A DNA stretch of 64,000 bases, from contig CAUYUJ010000159.1 in the NCBI GenBank assembly GCA_963575745.1, forward strand, positions 434,001-498,000, written 5' to 3'. The first letter of the stretch is position 1. Each line of letters begins with the position of its first letter. The translations under genes and the position numbers were made by a program. Below are positions 51,401-62,272 of this stretch, piece by piece. Source of the stretch: Prorocentrum cordatum (taxonomy: Eukaryota). Below the pieces are notes generated by a model. The model was not told the DNA's origin. It worked only from the letters and a program-made list of their open reading frames with translations, and searched no databases.

Positions 51401-54400
51401 TGGGGCGCTCTTGGGGCGCTCTTGGGTGCCTTCGGGGTGCTCATGGCGCCATCTTGGAGGAGATCTATCAAAGAAGGGTGGAGCTTTAATTAGCCCCGCC
51501 CCTCTAGAGTGCCTCGAGTCGCCTCTTGGGCCCCCCCCCAAGAAGCCAAAACCCGTCCAAAACCTACAGAAAATCATTGTTTTTTGCTTTCTCGCCTTTT
51601 CGCTCTTGGAGCCGTCTTGGGCCATATTGGATTCTCTTGGGGCCTCTTGGGAGTCTCTTGGGAGCCTCTTGGAGGCATCTTGGGCGCCTCTTGGGGCCCT
51701 CTTGGGGCGCTCTTGGGGCGCTCTTGGGGCGCTCTTGGGAGCCTTCGGGGCGCTCTTGGGGCCATGCTGGGAATATATATCAAAGAAGGGGGGGGCCTCA
51801 ATTAGCCTCGCCCCTCTAGAGTGCCTCGGATCGCCTCTTGGGCCCCCCCAAGAGGCCAAAATCCTTGCAAAACCTAAGGAAAATCAATGTTTTGTGCTTT
51901 CTCGCCTTTTCGCTCTTGGAGCAGTCTTGGGCCATCTTGGGCGCCCCAACGCGTCGCGGAACGCCCCGTCCAGGTCAGTGGGGGGGGGCAAGGGGAGGGG
52001 TAAACCCCTCCCCGAAGGGAAAGAAGGGGGGTTGGCAGAGGAAACGCTCTAGACCACCTACGCCCTAAAGGGCTGGTGGGATTCATATGTATTTCGCTCA
52101 GCTCTTGCCTATCCAGTTCACCCTCATCCTCGAATCCCACCAGCCCTTTAGGGCGTAGGTGGTCTAGAGCGTTTCCTCTGCCAACCCCCCTTCTTTCCCT
52201 TCGGGGGGGGGTTTACCCCTCCCCTTACCCCTCCCCACTGACCTGGACGGGGCGTTCCGCGACGCGTTGGGACGCCCAAGATGGCCCAAGACTGCTCCAA
52301 GAGCGAAAAGGCGAGAAAGCACAAAACATTGATTTTCCTTAGGTTTTGGAAGGATTTTGGCCTCTTGGGGGGGCCCAAGAGGCGATCCGAGGCACTCTAG
52401 AGGGGCGAGGCTAATTGAGGCTCCCCCCTTCTTTGATATATATTCCCAACATGGCCCCAAGAGCGCCCCGAAGGCTCCCAAGAGCGCCCCAAGAGCGCCC
52501 CAAGAGCGCCCCAAGAGGGCCCCAAGAGGCGCCCAAGATGCCTCCAAGAGGCTCCCAAGAGACTCCCAAGAGGCCCCAAGAGAATCCAATATGGCCCAAG
52601 ACGGCTCCAAGAGCGAAAAGGCGAGAAAGCAAAAAACAATGATTTTCTGTAGGTTTTGGACGGGTTTTGGCTTCTTGGGGGGGGGCCCAAGAGGCGACTC
52701 GAGGCACTCTAGAGGGGCGGGGCTAATTAAAGCTCCACCCTTCTTTGATAGATCTCCTCCAAGATGGCGCCATGAGCACCCCGAAGGCACCCAAGAGCGC
52801 CCCAAGAGCGCCCCAAGAGAACCCCAAGAGGCTCCATCCAAGAGACGCCAAGAGGCGCCCAAGAGGCCTCCAAAAGGCTCCCAAGAGACCCCCAAGAGGC
52901 CCCAAGAGGCTCCCAAGATGGCTCCAAAGACGGCTCCAAGAGCGAAAAGGCGAGAAAGCAAAAACATTGATTTTCCTTAGGTTTTGGAAAGATTTTGGCC
53001 TCTTGGGGGGCCCAAGAAGCGATTCGAGGCACTTTAGAGGGGCAGCGCTAATTGGGGACCCCCCCTTCTTTGATAGATCTCCTCTAAGATAGCCCCAAGA
53101 GCGCCTCGAAGGCTCCCAAGAGCGCCCCAAGAGCGCCCCAAGAGGGCCCCAAGAGGCCCCAAGAGGCCCCCAAGAGGCCTCCAAGATGCCTCCAAGAAAC
53201 CCCCAAGAGGCCACAAGAGGCTCCCCGAGATACGCAAGAGGCCCCGGGACCGCCAAGAGGCCCCAAAGACGGCCCAAGAGGCCCCCAAGCTCGCCATTGT
53301 CCTCCTCCTCCTCCTCTTTTTCTTCCTCCTCCCTCCTCCCCCTCCTCCCTCCTCTCCTCCTCCTCCTCCTCCTCCTCCTTTTCCTTTTCCTCCTTCTCGT
53401 CCTCCTCGTCCTCGCAGTCCTCCATATCCTCCTCCTTATCCTCCTTCTCCTCCTCCGCTTGCTCCTCCTCGCGCTCCTCCTCCTACTCCTCCTCTTCCTC
53501 CTCCTACTCCGACGACGACGGCTCCTCCTACATCCTCCCCCTCTTGGGGGATATGGCGGCTCACCCCGCCCTTTGTTCTTCTGCATGCTCCCCCGCTCGC
53601 CCCAAGAGGGGCCCCAAGAGGCTCCAAGAAGCGCCCCAGAGGCTTCCAGGATGATCCCAAGAGACTCCCAAGATGCCAAAATCCATCCAACACTCTGCAA
53701 ATCAACGTTTTTGGCTTTCTCGCTTTTTCGCTTCCGATGGCCATCCGAGGCCTGAAGATGGCTCCAAGATGGCCCAAGAAGGCACCAAGAGAAGCCCAAG
53801 AGAGCTCCAAGACGGCCCCAAGAGCGCCCAGGAGCGCTCCAAGATTGCCCCAAGAGCGCCCCAAGAGCAACCCAAGAAGGCCCCAAGAGGCCCCAAGAGG
53901 CCCCCAAGATGCCCCCAAGAGGCTCCCAAGAGATCCCCAAGAGGCCTAAATATGCTCCCAAGATGGCCCAAGACGGCTCCAAGAGCGAAAAGGCGAGAAA
54001 GCAAAAAACATTGATTTTCCTTAGGTTTTGGACGGAATTTGGCCTCTAGGAAGGCCCAAGAGGCGATTCGAGGCACTCTAGAGGGGCAACGCTAATAAGC
54101 AACCCCCCCTTCTTTGATAGATCTCCTCCAAGATGGCCCCAAGAGCGCCCCGAAAGCTCCCAAGAGCGCCCCAAGAGCGCCCCAAGAGGCCCCAAGAGGC
54201 CCCCAAGAGGCCTCCAAGAGGCCTCCAAGAGACTCCCAAAAGGCCACAAGAAGCTCCCCGAGATACGCAAGAGGCCTCCGGGACCGCCAAGAGGCCCCAA
54301 AGACGGCCCAAGAGGCCCCCAAGCTCGCCATTGTCCTCCTCCTCCTCCTCTTTTTCTCCCTCCTCCCTCCTCCCCCTCCCCCTCCTCCGCCTCCTCCTCC

Positions 54401-56515
54401 TCCTCCTCCTCCTCCTCCTTCTCGTCGTCCTCGTCCTCGCCCTCCTCCATCTCCTCCTCCTCATCTTCCTCCTCCTCCTCCTCCTCCTCCTCCTCCCCCT
54501 CCTCCTCCTGCTCCTCCTCCTGCTCCTCGTCTTCCTCCTCCTACTCCGACGACGACGACTCCTCCTACATCCTCCCCCTCTTGGGGCGTATGGCGGCTCA
54601 ACCCGCTCTTTGTTCTTCTGCATGCTCCCCCGCTTCCCTCATCACCTCCACTCCCCTGGGGCTCATTTCTGGACGGGCTGGTGGGGATGCGCGAAGCGTC
54701 TAGAATTATTCCTCAACTGTCATGAAATCAGTGTTCCGCATTGGACACGGATCCGATTCAGGGGCTACTTCCGCGACATATGCTATCAGCAACTCATTGA
54801 CCGAACGTTGGGGGGAACGTTCTTTTCTCAGCAGGGGCCATGCCAAACTCGAACCAACTTGCGATACGGCCCATACACATGATTCCAGTTCGGGAACGAG
54901 CCGCCTCGAGAGCCAGTTTTCGGAAATCCGGCCTCGTCAATATCACCATCCCCCCATCGATTTACTATCTACTACGCTACCATTCCTCAGAGCATCATCC
55001 TTATCTCCTCTCATCCACTCGTACCATTCTGGCTCATCCGCGAGCCTTTTCCACGTCCTCCTCGCCCTCCGCCCCCTGCCCATCGCCTCTCAGTCTGCGA
55101 CTCGACCTGTTCTAGAGTAGGCAAGGGCCGTTCTAATTCTACCAGCGATTCGAGCAGTCTCATGGGCGCCCGTTAGGATTTGGATGTCATGGTCAGCAAC
55201 CCCCCCCCTCATCCCGACAGAATACGCACGGGCGAGCGTTGGTCCTTGACCGAGTCAACGTGCCAAAAGATGGAGCACGATGGGTTCTCCAAAAGCACTT
55301 TCACGTTGCGGGCGTCCGCGAGTACCATCAGCCATGACCTGGGCAATCCGCTGTCTGAGGTGTTTGGGTGCCCACGCTGCCGTTCTCCCTCTCAACCGAT
55401 CTCTGTCCACATCCGCCTCCTGCCCGCTTCCTCTCACTCTCACCCTCACCGTCTTCCGTGCCGCCCCCCCCCCCCTCCGCGCTGCCCTCTTCCCCCCTCT
55501 TACACGCAGCCCGCCTATTCCGATCCGACCCGAACGCTTCCGAGAGACCGAGTCTACACAGTCGGTCTGTGTCGCATCGCTGCGTGAGTAGGTGGGCCGT
55601 GCGTTTTACAATGCATGCCGTCGCCTAGGGTCCGCGCAACTAGTTGCGCCTAAGCATGCGCGAGTCATGCTGCATACCGCTGTTGCGAATCCCCGCCCGC
55701 CCCCCAGACGCTATCACTCCAGGCCCTCTAAGGGTCGCACACAGCTTCGGCCACAAAGTTGGCCTCGAGCACGTCCCGCCGATCTTCATCACCACGGATG
55801 TGGCTGCCCCTGTCCCGTTTCGTGTGGAAGACTGTGATGTTCAACCACGAGGAACATTCGGGCTCGAGAACGAGCGAGCCGCCAGGCTTGACCTGTAATA
55901 CTCCCAGTGCGCAAGTAAGGAGCCCAAGCAAGGTGCACACGCCCTCGGATTCATGCGACGTACGCCTAGGACGAACGAAAGGAAGCGACGACGTCTCCCC
56001 TATAGAGCAGACAACGTTGAACGCGACTTGGACGCAGACTTGGACGCAGTTTGGGCGCACCCAGGTTCGCGTCCAAATCACCGCCAAGCCGCGCCCAGCG
56101 CGATCTGCGTCGAGGGCGCACAAGAGAGGGGTACACGTGGGGTGGGGAGGCTGGGCACAAGCGTTGCACCCCCACGCGGCCTGTCAAATCCTCGTGCTTT
56201 GAAGCCCCCGGCGATCAAGGCTCGCGTAATGCCACCAGTTCCACAGAACACTTCAAAACAGTCTAAGTATTGATCGATTACAACGGGCCCTTCCCCCTTC
56301 AGCCACACAGCAACCTCATTTACAGCCGCATCCATCAAGTATTCAGAACTGTCACTAGTCAGACGTCGCTCCCCTTCGTTCGGCCACCGCTGGGAAACTA
56401 TATCAACGAGCCAACTTGGTGCGCCGTGGCCCAAACCCAGCCTCTCGGCCATGCCTCTGGACAGGCGGTGCGTAAATGTATTTAGAATAGCCAAGGGCGC
56501 CAAGCACGCGGGCAT
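48441..56515 (-). CDS. Spliced C5 cytosine DNA methyltransferase-like gene, 4 exons: 56515-56181, 55965-55741, 55338-55245, 48809-48441 (1023 nt, about 340 aa; start codon uncertain, alternative ATG at 56452)
   Basis: Exons join in frame (phases 2,2,0) with donors GC, GT, GA and AG|G acceptors. Motifs appear in order: I FEVFCGTGGI, II RGFD, IV LEPECSSW (Cys kept), VI VLLENPSCSIFW, VIII-like YLAFWGWTSLKP, X-like SKEYPPKFCESVANL. Confidence 0.8.
50548..52084 (-). mobile_element. Non-autonomous Helitron2/Helentron-like element E1 (left arm of inverted pair)
   Basis: On minus: 5' gaatcccaccagccc-ttta-gggcgtaggtgg hairpin; 3' gggctggtggggat-acgcgaagcgt-ctagaatt; interior ccaagag repeats and a (CCT)n block. 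Confidence 0.7.
52132..54708 (+). mobile_element. Non-autonomous Helitron2/Helentron-like element E2 (right arm, with internal duplication)
   Basis: Near-identical reverse complement of E1 at both ends; about 1 kb longer through duplicated internal modules. Confidence 0.7.
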
Positions 56516-58909
56516 GGTGGTGAAGGGTCCGAGAGAACGTGGCTCGGTGACACCGCTGGGCCAGATTGCGCACGGTGAGGTTCAGAGACTCGTCTGTGAA
56601 GGTCGAATATAGACGAGGAGGGCCAAATTCCCATATCCTGTTCGGAAAATGACTACGTGCATCGAGTGATCAGCTGCTCTTGCATCATCCCCGATGTCTG
56701 ACATCAGCCCATTAAGAGCCCCGACATCCCCCACTTGGAGAACATTTTGGGGAAGTGAGGGACGTGGACTGAGTGCAAGAGCAGCCGATCGTCGATGCCT
56801 CGGTGGGCGGAATTCTCACAACCTGAAACGTTGTCATGGATGAGGGACGAGTGAGTGGGAGGGACGAGACTAACATGTAATGCCGATTCACCAGATAAGA
56901 ATAATAACGATGCGAATCATCGTCACCACCGACGATGGTGACGATGACTCGGAGGATTTACCATATGATGTTGGACGAAGAGTTCGGAGGACGAGTTGGA
57001 GCAAAGAGAAGGGTGAGGAGGAGGAGCTGAAGGAGTGGGGAGGGCTCCTGTGGGTGAGATGGCAGAACAAATGCCACTTTGGGGTAAGCCTCACCTTCGC
57101 ATGTTGGGCGTGCACAACGACCCGCGCTGCAGCATCCAAAGCACACGTGTACTCGGAGTGGTTCGGTCGTGCGTCCATCTCCTTCGTCACCCTGAACCAC
57201 GCCACCAACGCGTCAACACTCATCATCAGAGATCCAGCACACGGCACACGGTCGAAATATGTGTCCAATAGATATTTACAAAACGGGATTAGCATCGACA
57301 TCTCCGCTCCTTTGATTTTCATGGGGCAGCCTGGGTGGGGTTCCCCCCCCCTCCTTTGTATTGTGAGCCCACCCCCGATCATGCCTGATGTGAGTCTGCC
57401 CATTCTTTGTTCATGAGGTATGTTGTTGATGTCGTACCATGCATGTAACTCTGATTCCATATGTTTCACCCGTTGTGGAATAGCCCGCTTGCGGGCCACA
57501 TTCGCCTCTAGAACCCTCCACAATACTGCCGAACCTAGCCGTTGCGCCACACCTAAATGGACAGTATGGAGCACGTCCAGGGCAAGTGTGCTTGCGGGGC
57601 TTGACTTCAACATGTTAGAGAACAATGGGCTTCGATGCGTCACTGGGTCCAATGCCGCTCCTTTAGCGTCTCTTTGAACCCGCCGGAACACAATGTCAAA
57701 AGGCACCGGCTGGCTGTACACCAATCGGATGTCTGGAAGCTCAGGCGAGGGGAGCACCGCATCATTAAGCATTAAAGGAATCCCCGCCACCTCTTTGACT
57801 ACAACGAGCCCACCAACCTTTTTTGACTCTGGGTCTGCAAAGCGCAACATGCCTAGTACCTGTGCCAGCTTTTCCTGAGAATCAATACGAATGGTGTGCT
57901 CGCAGCGGTCACATGCTTCTGAATACGATTCTGGATCTCTGTCTGGGAACGGAAGGCCCTCGGAGCTCAGGAAACCAGGGTATGTCACGTGCAAAGAATC
58001 CAGCGGCGCCGAGCAACACGGACAAGGATTGAAAATGCTGTTCCACCCTGACAGCCCGAACGTTTTCTGGAACTCAGCCCAATCCCCCTTGATGTACAAC
58101 AATACTGCCCTGTACCCGAGGCCCCTGCCTGCCCGCCCATCCTCTGCCCAGCATGTCCCGTCGCACTGTGCATCGGGAGCCCGCCCTCTCACCATGGCAC
58201 TGACCTGCCACTCCACGACACGCATAAACGCGTACAACGTACAGTGCCCTGCACACCCGCAAGCACATTTGTCGAGCGAGCGTAAGTACCCAATATAGTG
58301 ACGCTTGTGTGTAAGCAGATTAATGATACTAACGTTCAGGACGCTGTCCGCGCGCCCCGCATGAAGAGGCGAATGCCGCACTGAGTCTGCGTATAATGCT
58401 ATGGGAACGGGCCACTTTCCAGTTTCGTTCAGACATTGCTGCACGTGGGCGTGATTTTGATAGCTGCGGGTCAGCATGACAGAGTTTACATCATCGGCGC
58501 CATATTCCAAAGTTTGTCGGCACACATCATCGTGCAACACTTCTTCTGATATTGATTCGAACACAAGTTGCACGTCTGTGCTTGCCTTTGTCAAATGAGC
58601 TCTCCCGCGAACTTGCATCGGGATGGTTATTTTCATCATGGCACCGACTGCAGGCATACGTTTATCTACATGATCTTTATATTTGCCAGACTGTTTACCA
58701 GGAGCCATCCCCCACGAATCCCAATGAGCCCCTCCAATCCCAGCCCTGGCGCAAAAATAACATCCAACTGCAAGGTCTTTAGCCGTCATTTGTCTGCCCG
58801 AAACGTAAATCCCAACTAAGTGGTGAAATAAATCGGATCCCGCCAAACGTTGCTGCGCACCATCGGTGCTGGGCTTCCACATGCGACGGGGTAATCTTTT
58901 GGGGGCCAT
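56403..58909 (-). CDS. CMC-type (CACTA/EnSpm-like) DDE transposase, 2 exons: 58909-57048 and 56637-56403 (698 aa from MAPKR)
   Basis: Long uninterrupted ORF with IALYADSV (D), YIKGDWAEF (D), FNPCPCC, LALDVLHTVHLGV and LTPKWHLFCHL. A GA..AG intron joins in frame to IWEFGPPRLYSTFTDESLN (E). CxxC and HxxxH between the second D and the E are CMC signatures. Confidence 0.85.
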
Positions 58910-59824
58910 GATGCGTTCAATATGGGGTTGGGTAAGCTCTGAAACCTGATTGCGCCAAAACTGCGGACTTGATGCCGTGACCACAGCCCTTTCCCTCAGC
59001 ATCACCCCGCAGACAAGAGCACCAGGCACGTGCGCGGCGCCAAATGCACCTGCACATCGCGCGCGTGCTCGGTACCAAATGCACCAGCACGTTCGCTTCA
59101 AACTGACGATCTTGCGATGCCGTGCGATCTTGGAAGGAGCGCAGCGTTGCACCCCACCCGCCCCGCGCACATCACGCGTGTCCTATGTGTCCTCGATGTC
59201 ATGTGATCTCTGTATGTTCATTGCACGCGCGGAAGTGTGTTGTTGCGCTCATTGGCATTCGAGCGTGCACGATTATGACATGATTCATCACTCTCCTGAT
59301 GCGCGCGCACATTATATTCCAGACTGTGTCATGGTCCTCTCGGCCATGCAGCTCGATCCTCGAGCGTTCGTCTGCCAGACGGGCATCGCAGAGAACAAAT
59401 GTAGCTGTCACGCAGCGCGATTGGATTCACCCTCAGCGCTGTCACACAGAAAAGCAACAACTCAGCTCACTATTCTGTCCCACGACTCGGTCGCTGAGGC
59501 CAGGACTGCTGTACCCCGAGCCCTAGACTAAAGTCGCTGCGTGTGCCACGACATGCAGGCTGCTGGGCTGGCTTCTTGTATAGTTCCTCCCGCCTTTGTA
59601 CTACATGTGCTAATAATTGGATGTGCCGTGTTTTTTTGTTTTGTTTTCTCTCTCTATATATATATGTATATACATGAAACGTTCATACATGTGACCATCT
59701 GTCTACATAGACACACGCTGATGTTTATACGACCATCTGGCGACACACGCGGTGTATGCATTGGCATCCTTTTGTAGTGTTACGGGTTCCTCTCTGCTTG
59801 TCTATCTGTCTGTCTGTCAGTATC

Positions 59825-59877
<53 letters not shown>

Positions 59878-60075
59878 ATCTCTCTCTATGTGTATATATA
59901 TCGTTACACTACATACTTGAGCATGTACGTGCGCATGTTGAAGGCATATGCGTGGTGCGCCTGTCTCTCACGTGCCCGCGACAATGCCTACACGTCGTGC
60001 TTAGTTCCTATCATATCCGTCTCTACTTACTGTTAGTGTCACAGCTGTACATGCGCCGCAGCAGGCCATCATCTT

Positions 60076-61080
60076 AATTATTGACGCTTCGCGTACCCCC
60101 ACCAGCCCATCCAGAAACGATCAGCAGGGGACTTGGCGAGTCAGGGGCGGCAGGACGCATGTAGTCGCGCAGCAGTCTTCGAGGAAACAAGGATCACACA
60201 TAGCTTCCCGCATTGAAGTTTACTATGGAAATCAGTACAAGCTACGATTGTGCTTCGATGAGTGGTGATGAGTGTTTCGATGACTCGTAATGGCTGATGC
60301 ACTGATTTATATCTGAAACTCGCGTGCGTTCCGAAACTTGGAGGCATCTTTGGGCTCTCTTGGGACTCTCTTGGGCCCCTCTTGGGGCCTCCTGGGGCTC
60401 TTGCTTGGCGCTCTCTTGAAGTCCTCTTAGGGCCTTCGTGGGGCTTCGTGGTGCTCTATTGGTGCGTCTTGGGGCCCTCTTGGGGCTCTTTGGGGGTCTG
60501 GGAGGCCTCTAGGAGCCGTCTTCGGCCGCATATATCAAAAGAGGGCTGGTCTCAATTCCCATCGCCCCTCGGAGACACAAACATGCCGTCTTGGGCCCCT
60601 GTTGGGCCGCTCTCGGATCGCTTTTGGGCGCTCTTGGGGCAATCTTGGGTGGGGCCCTCTTGGGCGTCTCTGGGAGCTTTCTTGGGCTATCGTGGGTCCA
60701 TATTGACGCCTGAAGAGCCCATCTGAAGCGAAAAGGCGCCAATGCCAAAAACATTGGTTTCCCATAGGTTTTGGAGCCATGTTGGCCTCGGAGGGCATGC
60801 GAAACCGTCTTGGAGCAGTCTTGGAGCCTCTTGGATGCGTGTCTGAGGCTATCTTGAGCCAAGTTGATGAATGTTGGGCCATCTTGGTGGCCATCTTGGG
60901 CTCTCTGAGGCTCTCTTGGGGCCATCTGGAGCCCAAAATGACCCTATGCCACATCGCTGCCCTCGCCGTCCAGAGGCTGGGAGGGCGGGGGGGAGGGGGT
61001 GGGTAAACCTCCCCTCGAGCAGGAAGAGGTTGGCAAAAGAAACACGCTAGACCACCTCCGCCCAGAGGGCTGGTGAGATT
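60076..61080 (-). mobile_element. Non-autonomous Helitron2-like element E3
   Basis: On minus: 5' aatctcaccagccc-tct-gggcggaggtgg; 3' gggctggtgggggt-acgcgaagcgt-caataatt; diverged inverted copy of E4. Confidence 0.68.
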
Positions 61081-61178
61081 TACCGATCCACATCTGCCCA
61101 GTCGCGCGCTCGCCCTCTCCATTCCTGATTCTTCCTGCTGCATCGCCGCCGGAGCTCAAAATCAAGCGCTGCCTGGGC

Positions 61179-61460
61179 TTGGACGGGACTTGGACGGGAC
61201 TTGGACGGGACTTGGACGGTACTTGGACGGTACTTGGACGGTACTTGGACGGTACTTGGATGGTATTTGGATGGTACTTGGATGGTATTTGGACGGTACT
61301 TGGACGGTACTTGGACGGGGAGATGGGGGTTTTATATGTATTTTACAAGGTTTCGTCAACTTGGACGGGACTTGGACGGTACTTGGACGGTAGCCGTTTT
61401 GGATGGGTTTTGGATGGTACTTGGACGGGACTTGGACGGTACTTGGACGGTGTTTGGATG
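61179..61460. repeat. Tandem 11-mer (cttggacggta/cttggacggga)n
   Basis: About 20 copies in two blocks. Confidence 0.9.
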
Positions 61461-62037
61461 CGTGTTTGCTGAGTTTTTTCGATGACGGAGAGGGTTCACG
61501 GGTCAAAACGTATGATTTTTGCATTTCTTCCCCCCCAAATCGTGCCAGCACCAGAAAATCTCGCTACAGCCATGCTCGCGCACGAATCACTGAGCGACCT
61601 TGCGCCGCTTGGGCACTGACTTCTCTGGAACAGGGTTGCGAGCCTGCTTCTGGCGGAAAATCTTCTTGATCTCATTCCCCATGTTGTTCAGCGGCCCAGT
61701 GATGGCCTGCCGATCCCGTTTCTCCGCGCTACGTCTACCCGATTGCTAGGTTCATTGGTCTGACTGCTCGTTCGCATCGAACATGCATGCTGATCCGTGG
61801 CAGGTGCATCATACATCAAACAGAACACTCGAAAGCACCAATATGTGGAGCCAGCCGAGTCGAGGCGAGCTAAAGTTGGGGTAGGCATAGCGGAGGCAAG
61901 GGCTGGCAATGGGCGATGGGTGAGGATGGGGCATACGGGCAGGGTTGCGTCGGGGGGACGGGATGCCAGAGATGAAGTTGGGTGGCAATAGTCGATGAGG
62001 CGCACGGGGAGGAACATGGCACGACCCACCCCCGCAC

Positions 62038-62160
62038 CGTGGTAAGCTGCTTGATCTTCACCTCGAACTCGGCCTCGCCGATCCTCTTCTGCAGGAGGGA
62101 CACGTTGGCGCTGGTCATCGCCTCCCTGTAGAACGTCTCCTTGTCCATCTCCGTCTTTAC
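62038..62160 (-). CDS. Internal exon of an unidentified host gene (VKTEMDKETFYREAMTSANVSLLQKRIGEAEFEVKIKQLTT)
   Basis: 123 nt, phase 0/0, gag|gta acceptor and acg|gtgcgg donor, almost all third positions G/C. Confidence 0.62.
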
Positions 62161-62272
62161 CTCCCCCCGCAGATGCGGCCCGCGCCAGTCCCACCCCCCT
62201 CCTCGCTGCCGTCCCTGCGTCGAAGCTTAGGTTGAGAACGAGTGCCCAAATGTCAGAGCTAGGGTCGAGAAC

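Noticed and set aside
58910..59170. N-terminal extension of the 760-aa track ORF, and its tail 56888-57047
   Set aside because: The extension starts at GTG; MAPKR at 58909 is the more plausible start. The Ser-rich tail is intron read-through.
60705..60740. ctgaaga...gaaa hammerhead-like core (other CTGANGA hits were also checked by eye)
   Set aside because: The required stems cannot be formed; it is part of the ccaagag repeat module.
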